Source: Clostridia bacterium | GTDB lineage: Bacteria > Bacillota > Clostridia > Christensenellales > QALW01 | Assembly (NCBI GenBank): GCA_017502165.1 | Contig: JAFVVO010000025.1 | Location: 8,854-72,853, forward strand | Direction of reading: 5' to 3' | DNA length: 64,000 nucleotides | Shown here: in pieces, positions 53,297-62,710 of the stretch | Layout of the letters: each line of letters opens with the position of its first letter | How positions within the stretch are numbered: the stretch's first letter is position 1 | Program-made: the position numbers and the translations under genes | Notes under the pieces: model-generated | What the model was told of the DNA's origin: nothing | Seen by the model: the letters and a program-made list of their open reading frames with translations, nothing else | Database searches by the model: none

Positions 53297-53325
53297 TTGA
53301 CATTTGGTCTAAATAAGTATAAAAT
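53297..53325 (+). promoter_or_regulatory. Candidate promoter of the glycyl-radical enzyme operon
   Basis: TTGACA, a 17-nt spacer, then TAAAAT. The -35 overlaps one arm of an A/C-rich inverted repeat (53198-53220 and 53285-53300). Confidence 0.4.
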
Positions 53326-53392
53326 AGAATACGGAGAATAATCGCTGACTGTATGCGTTAAAATACTCAATTTATTATCGGAGGAACAGATA

Positions 53393-55921
53393 ATGGATGA
53401 AAGACTCTTAACAGGAATTAAAAAGAGCGAAAGAATTCAAAAGCTTATCGACTATCTTTTTGAGGATAAGCCTCAGGTTGAAGCTGACCGTGCGAGACTT
53501 TTAACGGAATCTTATAAGGCAACTGAGAAGGAGCCTACCGTAACACGCCGTGCAAAAGCCTTTGCGCATATTCTTCGCAATATTCCCATTGTAATAAGAC
53601 CTAACGAGCTTATTGTAGGCGCTTCAACTAAAAAGCCCAGAAGCTGTCAGACCTTCCCGGAATTTTCTTTCCAGTGGCTTGAGGACGAGTTTGAAACTAT
53701 TGCAACCCGTTCTGCTGACCCCTTCTACATTTCTGACGAAACGAAGAAGGCACTTAAGGAAGCCAATTCCTATTGGGCAGGCAAAACCACCAGTGAGCTT
53801 GCAACTGAATTTATGGCTCCCGAAGCACGCCTTGCTATTGAGCACAACTTCTTTACACCCGGTAACTATTTCTATAACGGTATCGGTCACGTAACCGTAA
53901 ACTACGGCAAGGTACTTGCAGTAGGCTTTAAGGGTATTCGCGCAGAAGCGGAAACCGCACTTAAGAAGGCAAAGGTAACCGATAGTGATTTCGTTACCCG
54001 CAGTCACTTCTTAAATGCAGTAATTCTTTGCTGTGATGCAGCTATTGAATACGCTCAGCGTTACAGTGAGCTTGCCAAGGATATGGCGGCGGCAGAATAC
54101 GATGCTACCCGTAAGGCAGAGCTTCTTAAGATTGCTGAAAACTGCAAAAACGTTCCTGCAAACGGCGCTTCAAGCTTTTATGAGGCTTGTCAGTCCTTCT
54201 GGTTCGTTCAGATGCTTATTCAGATTGAATCAAGCGGCCACTCCATTTCACCCGGACGCTTTGACCAGTATATGTATCCCTATTATAAGAAGGACGTTGA
54301 CGCAGGCAAGCTTAGTTTAGAGCAGGCTCAGGAATACATCGATTGCGTATGGGTAAAGCTTAATGACCTTAACAAAGCCCGTGACGCTGCCTCTGCAGAG
54401 GGATTTGCAGGATATTCACTTTTCCAGAACCTTATCTGCGGCGGTCAGGACGAGCACGGTGTTGACGCTACTAACGATTTATCATATATGTGTATCGAAG
54501 CATCAATGCACACTATGCTTCCTCAGCCCTCCCTTTCAGTTCGTGTTTGGAGCTGTTCACCCCACGATTTCTTGATTAAAGCAGGTGAGCTTACAAGAAC
54601 AGGTATCGGTCTTCCCGCTTACTATAACGACGAGGTTATTATTCCTGCGCTTATTAGCCGTGGTTTAACTCTTGCCGACGCAAGAGACTATAATATCATC
54701 GGTTGCGTAGAGCCTCAGAAGTCAGGTAAGACTGACGGCTGGCACGATGCGGCATTCTTTAATATGTGCCGTCCCTTAGAGATGGTATTCTCACGCGGTG
54801 TTGATAAGGGTGTTCAGGTTGGTCCTCAGACACCTGCAGTTCAGACTATGAAGAGCTTTAACGAGTTCTTTGAAGCTTACAAAATCCAGAGCGATTATTT
54901 CGCAGGCTTGATGGTTAATGCTGATAACGCTATTGACGTTGCTCACATGCAGCGTTGCCCCTTGCCATTTATGTCTTCAATGCTTGAGGATTGTATCGGC
55001 AGAGGCAAAACTGCTCAGGAGGGCGGTGCAGTATATAACTTTACCGGTCCCCAGGGCTTCGGCGTAGCAAATATGGCTGACGCGCTTTGGGCAATCAAGA
55101 AGCTCGTGTTTGACGAAAAACGTTACACAATGAACGATTTTGCGTCAGCCCTTGCTAACAACTTCGGTAAGGATATGGATTCCGCCATGGCGCAGAAGCT
55201 TACCGCTCAGGTTGCCATTGAAATTGCAAAGCAGGGCAAAACTCCCGATAACAATGATATAGTTGCAATTTATAATAAGATTGCAAAGAATAAATGCTCC
55301 GAGGACGAAAAGGCATTCTATGCAAAGATGCTTGAAGATATTGAAGGACTTGATAAATTCGGTAACGACCGTAAGGAAATCGACGCCTTTGCAAGAGAGG
55401 TTGCATACGTTTATACCCGCGAGATTGAAAAGTATAAAAACCCCAGAGGCGGCGCATATCAGGCAGGCTTGTATCCCGTTTCGGCAAACGTTCCCCTTGG
55501 TGCACAGACCGGCGCAACTCCCGATGGCAGACTTGCCTTCACCCCCGTTGCCGACGGCGTTTCACCTGCGGCAGGCAGAGATGTAAATGGTCCTACTGCG
55601 GCGGCAAACTCAGTTTCCCGTCTTGACCACTATATTGCATCAAACGGAACTCTTTACAATATGAAATTCCATCCCTCTGCACTTAAGGGCAGAGCAGGTC
55701 TTGAAAGCTTTGTTTCACTTATTCGCGGTTACTTTGACCAGAAGGGCAGCCATATGCAGTTTAACGTTGTAAGCAGAGAAACCCTTCTTGATGCACAGAA
55801 GAATCCCGAAAAGTATAAGTCATTGGTTGTTCGTGTTGCAGGCTACAGCGCATTATTTACAACCCTTTCACGCTCACTTCAGGACGATATTATTAACCGT
55901 ACCGAGCAGGGAGGCTTTTAA
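53393..55921 (+). CDS. Glycyl radical enzyme, PFL2/glycerol-dehydratase family (substrate unknown)
   Basis: 842 aa. Contains the Cys loop IIGCVEP and the C-terminal glycyl-radical motif VVRVAGYSALF. Confidence 0.85.
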   Translation: MDERLLTGIKKSERIQKLIDYLFEDKPQVEADRARLLTESYKATEKEPTVTRRAKAFAHILRNIPIVIRPNELIVGASTKKPRSCQTFPEFSFQWLEDEFETIATRSADPFYISDETKKALKEANSYWAGKTTSELATEFMAPEARLAIEHNFFTPGNYFYNGIGHVTVNYGKVLAVGFKGIRAEAETALKKAKVTDSDFVTRSHFLNAVILCCDAAIEYAQRYSELAKDMAAAEYDATRKAELLKIAENCKNVPANGASSFYEACQSFWFVQMLIQIESSGHSISPGRFDQYMYPYYKKDVDAGKLSLEQAQEYIDCVWVKLNDLNKARDAASAEGFAGYSLFQNLICGGQDEHGVDATNDLSYMCIEASMHTMLPQPSLSVRVWSCSPHDFLIKAGELTRTGIGLPAYYNDEVIIPALISRGLTLADARDYNIIGCVEPQKSGKTDGWHDAAFFNMCRPLEMVFSRGVDKGVQVGPQTPAVQTMKSFNEFFEAYKIQSDYFAGLMVNADNAIDVAHMQRCPLPFMSSMLEDCIGRGKTAQEGGAVYNFTGPQGFGVANMADALWAIKKLVFDEKRYTMNDFASALANNFGKDMDSAMAQKLTAQVAIEIAKQGKTPDNNDIVAIYNKIAKNKCSEDEKAFYAKMLEDIEGLDKFGNDRKEIDAFAREVAYVYTREIEKYKNPRGGAYQAGLYPVSANVPLGAQTGATPDGRLAFTPVADGVSPAAGRDVNGPTAAANSVSRLDHYIASNGTLYNMKFHPSALKGRAGLESFVSLIRGYFDQKGSHMQFNVVSRETLLDAQKNPEKYKSLVVRVAGYSALFTTLSRSLQDDIINRTEQGGF

Positions 55922-56700
55922 TGGGACTGGATACAAAGGGAAGGATATTTGATATCCAACGCTTTTCTGTCCACGACGGCCCCGGCATAAGAACGATAGT
56001 TTTCTTAAAAGGCTGTGTTTTACGTTGCAAATGGTGTTGCAATCCCGAATCTCAGGAATACGCTATTCAGCAAATGGTGCAGGGCGGAAAAACAAAGACC
56101 GTCGGCAGAGACGTCCTCGTTCGCGAAGTTATCGAAGAGGTTGAAAAGGACAGAATATATTTCCGCCGTTCAGGCGGTGGAATGACTCTTTCGGGGGGCG
56201 AATCTATGTGCCAGGCGGATTTTGCCGTGGCGCTTTTAGAGGAAGCCCACAACAGAGGCATAAATACTGCCATTGAAACCACCGCTTGCGCTAAGTGGGA
56301 AGTGGTTGAAAGATTTTTGCCGCACCTTGACACTATCTTAATGGATATTAAGCATATGGATAGTGCAAAGCACAAGGCGTTTACAACTCGGCCTAACGAG
56401 CTTATGATAGAAAACGCAAGAAAAATAGCGGCAACGGGAGCAAATCTCGTTATCCGAGTACCCGTTATTCCCACATTTAACGATACGAAAGAGGAAATCG
56501 GCGCTATTGCTGATTTTGCAAAATCAATTAACGTTAAGAAAATTCATCTTCTGCCTTATCACCGTTACGGCATTGATAAGTACGCAGGTCTCGGCAGAGA
56601 GTACGAATTGGGTAATTTGGTAACTCCTTCCGACGAAAAGATGAACGAGCTTCTTGCCTGCGCATTAAGCAGAGGACTTGACGCACAGATAGGCGGATAA
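55921..56700 (+). CDS. Glycyl-radical enzyme activating protein (radical SAM)
   Basis: The CVLRCKWCCNPES cluster and a GGE motif. The start overlaps the stop of the glycyl radical enzyme gene. Confidence 0.85.
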   Translation: MGLDTKGRIFDIQRFSVHDGPGIRTIVFLKGCVLRCKWCCNPESQEYAIQQMVQGGKTKTVGRDVLVREVIEEVEKDRIYFRRSGGGMTLSGGESMCQADFAVALLEEAHNRGINTAIETTACAKWEVVERFLPHLDTILMDIKHMDSAKHKAFTTRPNELMIENARKIAATGANLVIRVPVIPTFNDTKEEIGAIADFAKSINVKKIHLLPYHRYGIDKYAGLGREYELGNLVTPSDEKMNELLACALSRGLDAQIGG

Positions 56701-56821
56701 ATCAATAAAAAGAAAACGATGCAGTTTGCATCGTTTTTTATAATATTTGCAAGAAAAATTCTTATTGAAAAATTTTCTATCTTAAGTTACAATATAAACA
56801 GGAATATTAAGGAGAAATATC

Positions 56822-57016
56822 GTGGCAAAAATAAACAGATCTTTTATGCTTAAGCTTTCCCAGATGGACGATGAGGACGCCTTTGACCCGGCTGATTTGT
56901 CACCTGAAGAATTGTTCTCTCTTGATTCAGATGGGCATCAGAAGTTTGTTGACCAGTATAAAGCATATTACGACGATATAAAAACCAGCAGTAAACTTCA
57001 TAAGGAGGATTGGTAA
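56822..57016 (+). CDS. Small acidic hypothetical protein
   Basis: 64 aa with a GTG start after TAAGGAGAA. The next gene starts 2 nt after its stop. Confidence 0.4.
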   Translation: MAKINRSFMLKLSQMDDEDAFDPADLSPEELFSLDSDGHQKFVDQYKAYYDDIKTSSKLHKEDW

Positions 57017-57017
57017 A

Positions 57018-57857
57018 ATGGATAGATGGATGAGATTTCCCGGTTTTAAGAAAAAAGCCTTTACAATGAGCTATGACGACGCTGTTCAGCAGGATAAGCG
57101 GTTAGTGGAAATTATGCTCAAAAACGGGCTAAAGGGAACGTTCAATATTTGTACCGAACGTTTTGTTCCTGAAGGTACGAAGTTCCCTGAAGGACAAATT
57201 CACAGACGAATGACAAAAAAGGAAACCTACGAGCTTTTTAATAAAGAAGGCATAGAAATTGCCGTTCACGGTTGCAACCATCCCCGCCTTGAAGCTTTGC
57301 CTGACAATGAGTGCGCCTACGAAATTCTGCAGGACAGAACTAATATTGAAAAAGAAACGGGCAAAATTTGCAGGGGCATGGCATACCCTTACGGCACCTT
57401 CAACGAAAAGGTTAAAGAAATTGCAAAAGCCTGCGGTATTCTTTATGCCCGCGGAATTGAATGCGAGCCAAACTTTGCAATTTCAAATGATTGGCTCGCG
57501 CTTAAACCCACCTGCCACCATAACGCGCCAAACCTTATGGATTTAGCCAAAGAGTTTGTTGAAATGAATGTTTGGGACGAGCCCAGAATGTTCTATCTTT
57601 GGGGACATAGCTTTGAGTTTGAAGCCAACAATAACTGGAACGTTATTGAAGAATTTGCTTCATTTATGGGCAAAAGAGAAGACGTCTGGTACGCAACGAA
57701 CATCGAAATCTTTGAATATATTGAAGCGTATAAGCGCTTGCGTGTTTCCAACGACGGCAAAATTTACTTTAACCCCACAAGCACTACACTTTATTTTGAC
57801 GTGCACTTTAAGCTCTATGAGCTTAAGCCGGGGGAAACGCTTGTGATTGAGGAATAA
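57018..57857 (+). CDS. Polysaccharide deacetylase (NodB homology) family protein
   Basis: FTMSYDDAV...GTFNI...HGCNHP fits the NodB motifs. Confidence 0.7.
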   Translation: MDRWMRFPGFKKKAFTMSYDDAVQQDKRLVEIMLKNGLKGTFNICTERFVPEGTKFPEGQIHRRMTKKETYELFNKEGIEIAVHGCNHPRLEALPDNECAYEILQDRTNIEKETGKICRGMAYPYGTFNEKVKEIAKACGILYARGIECEPNFAISNDWLALKPTCHHNAPNLMDLAKEFVEMNVWDEPRMFYLWGHSFEFEANNNWNVIEEFASFMGKREDVWYATNIEIFEYIEAYKRLRVSNDGKIYFNPTSTTLYFDVHFKLYELKPGETLVIEE

Positions 57858-57952
57858 AAAGGGATATTATAAAAAAGATTAAAGTTGTTGATAGAATATA
57901 AAAACAGAAATTAACTGCATTTGTAATATTATAAAATTAAAAGGAGCATTGT

Positions 57953-59293
57953 ATGAAAAGAATAATATGTTTGGTATTGATGATAATTATTGTTTTTTTT
58001 GCTGCTTGTGAAAATATCAAACCAACAGATGATGTTGATTTTGACAATACAAACAACTCTAACGAAACCTCCGATACGGGCGAAAATGAAAACGAAGAGT
58101 TAAATAGCGGAATTTCCAATACAGATAATGTAACACCGTCCAACGAAAACAATACTCCCAGTGCTAAGCCTGTAGAGATTAGTGTGTGGGATGGTAAATC
58201 TTCTAAGATGTGGACAAAAGGAAAAGGTATAAAGGAAGATCCGTACTTGATAGAAACTGCAGAGCATTTGGCATTTTTGGCCGAGTGTTCTTTAGAAGGC
58301 TATTTTTTGAACTGTCATTTTCTTCAAACTGCAAACATTGACCTTGGCGACAATGTATGGACACCTATAGGGACAAATGGACGAGCTTTTTGTGGGGGAT
58401 ATGATGGCGGAGATTTTACAATATCGAATATTAGATTCAAAAAAGGTGAAGGTAACAAATGTACAATCAGAAATAAAGTTTATGAGAGTATGGGTTTGTT
58501 TGGATATTTGGAAGATGCCACTGTCAAAAATGTGCATATAAGCGGAGTAAAGTTGAAAACGACCCTTACAGAAGTATCTTCGGATGTTTTTTATATAGGT
58601 GGCATAGCCGGTTGTGTAAGGAGTGGTTCCGAAACCATTATGGAACACTGCTTTGTGGATAAAACTTCAATTTCAATAGACTCAAAAGCTGATCGCACGA
58701 TTTATTTGGGTGGAATATTTGGATATGGTGAAATATATGAAGGAGCACTTCAACGTTTTTATAAATTATCAGCAGATGTGGAAGCGAGGGTTTATGTAGC
58801 AGGATACAGTAGTATTGGAGGAATAGCAGGGAAAATTTATCAAAGTGGTAAAATCAAATTTTTTGATATATGTTCATATTTGGATATTATGAAATCAACC
58901 ACAAATACAGGAGAATACTATATTTCACCGCTTATGGGCACATTTGAGGCTTATAAAGGCGACATACAGCTGAAGTCGTGCTATTTGTCACTTAATAGCA
59001 ATGGTGACTCTTTCAATATAACAGACAATAAAAAAGGTCATAAAACAAAAATAAATGGCTGTATTGGTCTGCATTACGGACTATACAAGGGTAAAGCAAC
59101 TATTACAAATGTATTTACTTCTTTTACGCAAAGCGGAAATTATGCAGAGGGGTATTCTTTGTTTTATATTACATGCGAAGAAGAAACTGTGACGCGTACA
59201 AACAGTGCTGTAGTGTATATTCTGCCTCACGACTGTGGCTTTGATAAAAGAATTTGGAATTTGTCAGATATGTCACATCCTAAGTTAAAATAA
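57953..59293 (+). CDS. Lipoprotein with GLUG-like repeats
   Basis: Lipobox FFAAC. Repeated IGGIAG / LGGIFG motifs resemble GLUG repeats. Confidence 0.55.
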   Translation: MKRIICLVLMIIIVFFAACENIKPTDDVDFDNTNNSNETSDTGENENEELNSGISNTDNVTPSNENNTPSAKPVEISVWDGKSSKMWTKGKGIKEDPYLIETAEHLAFLAECSLEGYFLNCHFLQTANIDLGDNVWTPIGTNGRAFCGGYDGGDFTISNIRFKKGEGNKCTIRNKVYESMGLFGYLEDATVKNVHISGVKLKTTLTEVSSDVFYIGGIAGCVRSGSETIMEHCFVDKTSISIDSKADRTIYLGGIFGYGEIYEGALQRFYKLSADVEARVYVAGYSSIGGIAGKIYQSGKIKFFDICSYLDIMKSTTNTGEYYISPLMGTFEAYKGDIQLKSCYLSLNSNGDSFNITDNKKGHKTKINGCIGLHYGLYKGKATITNVFTSFTQSGNYAEGYSLFYITCEEETVTRTNSAVVYILPHDCGFDKRIWNLSDMSHPKLK

Positions 59294-59344
59294 TATGAAA
59301 GCATATAAAAACAAAAGACTCACGTTTGTGAGTCTTTTTTCTTT

Positions 59345-59554
59345 TTATGCCTCTGTAACGGGCTTAATTCTGCGGAAAAGCAAGGTGATTGACCACAATG
59401 CTGTAATTCCGATAACTGCATAAATAATTCTTGCCAAGGTAGTTGCACTGCCACCGCAAATGAATGCTACAAGGTCAAATGAGAACAGACCAACCAGCAA
59501 CCAGTTGAGTGAACCGATAATGGTAAGTGCAAGGGCAGTTTTATCAATAGCCAT
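59345..59554 (-). CDS. DUF378 family membrane protein
   Basis: 69 aa. Contains IGSLNWLLVGLFSFDLVA. Confidence 0.8.
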   Translation of the reverse strand: MAIDKTALALTIIGSLNWLLVGLFSFDLVAFICGGSATTLARIIYAVIGITALWSITLLFRRIKPVTEA

Positions 59555-59602
59555 TTATATCACTCCTTCGCAAGTTATTATGCGCAAGGAAATTTTTTAT
59601 AT

Positions 59603-59878
59603 TCATTTTTTCTTTGAAGAATCAAAAATATTTATTTCAACTCTTTCAAAGTCAACGCTTTCTGGAAAATCGTCGGGCAAAAAGCGTGTTAAAGAATACT
59701 GCTTAATATCGTTAACGTGCTTCTTCATTATCATGGGATTGGGAATATCAAGCTCGTAACAGCATTTTCGCAAACAATCCTCGAGCATTTTTTGTGCCGA
59801 AAGCTTTTCGTCAGCATCGCAAACGGTATCGGTAATCATTTTTCCGTTAGAATAAATACGTAACCAAAATTTCAACAT
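59603..59878 (-). CDS. Hypothetical protein
   Basis: 91 aa from ATG 59878 (AGGTGA 5 nt upstream). No family recognised. Confidence 0.45.
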   Translation of the reverse strand: MLKFWLRIYSNGKMITDTVCDADEKLSAQKMLEDCLRKCCYELDIPNPMIMKKHVNDIKQYSLTRFLPDDFPESVDFERVEINIFDSSKKK

Positions 59879-60002
59879 AAGCGTCACCTAAAAATTTTTT
59901 CTGTAAAACTATTATACCAATTAAAAAGTTTTCGGTCAAATTGTATATTTTCCGTTTTTTCATAAAAAATAATAACAGAAAATTTTGCAAGGTTGGTAAA
60001 AA

Positions 60003-61418
60003 ATGAAAGAAAGCATTTCTCCCAGGGAGATAATCGACGTTTTTAATAAAAATACCGATTTCAAACAGCGCATAATAAAAAATGAAAATAAAAATATTTA
60101 TATTTTCTTTATTGAGGGTATGATAGACCGAGTTGCCCTTACGCAATTCGTTATAGATAACGTGCCTAAGGAATTAAGCCTGCGAAAAGCTGTGGAAAAC
60201 GGTAAAATTTCCTTTTGCGCCTGCGCAGAGGCGGAAAGCAAAAAGGCAGTAATATCGGGCATTTTACGTGGTATGGCGGCGGTGCTTGACGGAGAAGACG
60301 CTTATTTGTTTGACGTTCGCAAGACGGAAAAGCGTTCCGTTAGTCAGCCTGATGAGGAAAGCTCGGTTAAAGCCTCAAAGGATTGCTTCGTTGAAGAGGT
60401 AAAGGTTAACACAACTTTATTGCGCAAAAAGATAATAAGCGAGCATCTTGTTTTAGAAAGCATACAAATAGGTAAGCAAAGCAACACAGAGGTAGTGCTT
60501 GCGTATATGGATAACGTTGCAAACGGGGATTTAATCAAAGCGGTTAGAGAAAAGCTTGATAAAATTGACGTAGACGGAATAATTACGCCCGGAGTAATAG
60601 AGCAGTATTTGTCCTCGAAATTATATTCCGTATTTCCTCAAACGGTTATTACCGAGCGTCCCGATAAGGTCTGCCGTCATCTTTTAAGCGGCAGATGCGC
60701 CGTATTGGTTGACGGCCTTCCCATAGGCTACATTGTGCCTGCAACTGTATCGCAGTTTATGTCAACGCCCGACGATTATTCGGGCAACTTTATTTTTGCG
60801 TCGGTTGTGCGTGTGCTTCGGTATTTTCTTTTGTTTGTGCAGGTGCTTTTGCCGGGTGCGTATATTGCATTAACCACCTTTCATTATGAAATGCTCCCCA
60901 GCAAGCTTGCATTATCCATTGCTCAGGCAAAATCGGGCGTACCTTTTCCCGTAGCCTTTGAAATTTTAGCAATGCTTGCGCTTTTTGAGGTGCTTGTGCA
61001 GGCAGGACTTCATATGCCCAAATCCTCAGGGCAGGCGGTATCCATCGTAGGCGCATTGGTAGTGGGCGAAGCGGCAATAAATGCCGATTTAATTTCTCCT
61101 GCGGCGCTCATTATCGTTGCGGTTTCGGTAATATGCTCCTTTGCAATGCCCAATCAGGAATTTGGTAACGGACTACGGCTTTGGAGAGTTGTCATCGCCC
61201 TTGCAGGAAGTGTTTTAGGATTATTTGGCGTAGTTGCAGGTGGAATAGTGTTGCTTTCTAATTTTGCTCGGCTTGAAAGCTTCGGAGTACCGTACCTTGC
61301 ACCCTTTGCGGGAGTTAAGAAAATTCGCTTGAGGGACGAGCTTGTGGTTTTTCCCGATAAGCTTAACCGATTCAGGCCAAGCGAATTAAACGTAAAGAAC
61401 AGGCGGAGAACAAAATGA
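60003..61418 (+). CDS. Spore germination protein, GerA (A subunit) family
   Basis: 471 aa with a GerA-family pattern and C-terminal TM helices. Confidence 0.85.
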   Translation: MKESISPREIIDVFNKNTDFKQRIIKNENKNIYIFFIEGMIDRVALTQFVIDNVPKELSLRKAVENGKISFCACAEAESKKAVISGILRGMAAVLDGEDAYLFDVRKTEKRSVSQPDEESSVKASKDCFVEEVKVNTTLLRKKIISEHLVLESIQIGKQSNTEVVLAYMDNVANGDLIKAVREKLDKIDVDGIITPGVIEQYLSSKLYSVFPQTVITERPDKVCRHLLSGRCAVLVDGLPIGYIVPATVSQFMSTPDDYSGNFIFASVVRVLRYFLLFVQVLLPGAYIALTTFHYEMLPSKLALSIAQAKSGVPFPVAFEILAMLALFEVLVQAGLHMPKSSGQAVSIVGALVVGEAAINADLISPAALIIVAVSVICSFAMPNQEFGNGLRLWRVVIALAGSVLGLFGVVAGGIVLLSNFARLESFGVPYLAPFAGVKKIRLRDELVVFPDKLNRFRPSELNVKNRRRTK

Positions 61419-62533
61419 AGAAAATTTTTGCAGTAATTTTGCTTTTGACTATGCTTCTGCCCCTTTGCGCATGCAGAGAAAGTGAGCAAATTGATGAAAT
61501 CGCCTTTGTAAAGGTGCTGGGACTTGATAAAACAAAAGACGGAATACTTTTAACTGCAGGTATGCAGGGACCAAAGCCCAAGGAACAAAATCTCGGCTCC
61601 TCTGCCCAGGAATATATTTCCGTTACCTGCGAAACCGTTTCCCAAGGCTTAAGCCTTTTAGAAGCGGAAACGGAAAAGAAAATATTTTTCGGGCAGATAA
61701 ACAGTGTTTTGTTTGGTGAGGAATTTGCCAAGCACGGCATACTTGATACGGTTGATTATCTGGTAGGCTCAGACGAGCTTCGGTTTGATATTCCTTTGGT
61801 GGTGGTCAAGGACACTACGGCATCAAAGCTGATAGAAAACGGCAGTGAAGAGGATATGCACGTTTCCGAAAAAATAGAAAAGCTGCTTGCGGTAATTTAC
61901 AGCACGTCCATTTCCGACAAGGTGGAAATGTCCAAGGTAGTAAATATGCTTGAGGACCCATTCAGGTCAGTTTATCTGCCCTACGTGCAAGCAGAAAACG
62001 GGGGAAAGGATTTTTCTCTTGGGGGCTTTTGCGTCTTCAGAGGGGATAAAATGCTGGACTATCTTTCGCCTGAAATTTCACGCGGTGTAAATTTTCTCAA
62101 CGATAACGTTGAAAATGCGGTGCTTGTTCTTACTCTTGACGATGCAAGGGTAAGCCTTAAGATTTCCAAATGCAAAACGAAAAAGCAGATTAAAAACGGG
62201 ATTTTTAAGGTGGACGTAAGCTTTACCTCCGAGATTTTACAGGCAGACAGCGGGATTGACGAGCTTGACGAAAAAACCGCTCAAAGAATAATTGAAAAGC
62301 AAAACGGTGAAATTAAAAAGCTTCTTGAAGGAACGGTAGAAAAGCTTAAGGACTATCCTACGGATTGTGCAGGCTTCGGTAAAACCTTTGAAAATAAAAG
62401 TCCCAAGGAAGCAAAAAAATTCGAAAAGAACTGGAACGAGACCTTTGGAAGAATAAAATATGAAATCAACGTAGAATCAAAAATAGATCCTTCAAAAACC
62501 TCGGGTAAGCCGGTAAAGCAGGGAGGCGACTAA
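61415..62533 (+). CDS. Ger(x)C family germination lipoprotein
   Basis: Lipobox LPLCAC and a Spore_GerAC pattern. Confidence 0.8.
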   Translation: MKKIFAVILLLTMLLPLCACRESEQIDEIAFVKVLGLDKTKDGILLTAGMQGPKPKEQNLGSSAQEYISVTCETVSQGLSLLEAETEKKIFFGQINSVLFGEEFAKHGILDTVDYLVGSDELRFDIPLVVVKDTTASKLIENGSEEDMHVSEKIEKLLAVIYSTSISDKVEMSKVVNMLEDPFRSVYLPYVQAENGGKDFSLGGFCVFRGDKMLDYLSPEISRGVNFLNDNVENAVLVLTLDDARVSLKISKCKTKKQIKNGIFKVDVSFTSEILQADSGIDELDEKTAQRIIEKQNGEIKKLLEGTVEKLKDYPTDCAGFGKTFENKSPKEAKKFEKNWNETFGRIKYEINVESKIDPSKTSGKPVKQGGD

Positions 62534-62710
62534 ATGAAATATGCGTTCTTATTTCTTATTGCTTACGGAATAATAGAATTATTCGTATTAAAAAGAGTTC
62601 AAAACAAAATTGCCTTTTGCTTTTTGTGCGTCTCCGGTATTCTTGCAGGGGCGGCTAATCTGCTTTTTGAGTTTTCGTTTTTTGATTTAATCAAGGGAGT
62701 ATTGCAATGA
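62534..62710 (+). CDS. 58-aa two-TM peptide between the gerC-like and gerB-like genes
   Basis: MKYAFLFLIAYGIIELFVLK.... Its ATG abuts the gerC-like stop and its stop overlaps the gerB-like ATG (ATGA). Under 60 aa, so absent from the ORF track. Confidence 0.45.
   Translation: MKYAFLFLIAYGIIELFVLKRVQNKIAFCFLCVSGILAGAANLLFEFSFFDLIKGVLQ

Noticed and set aside
53198-53300. An A/C-rich inverted repeat (AAACAAACAAAAACAAACAC and TGTTTGTTTTGTGTT) upstream of the glycyl radical enzyme gene, as a structured RNA.
   Set aside because: The sequence is low-complexity and lies upstream of or overlapping the -35 element. It is more likely a protein-binding site or a chance match. It is noted only under the promoter feature.
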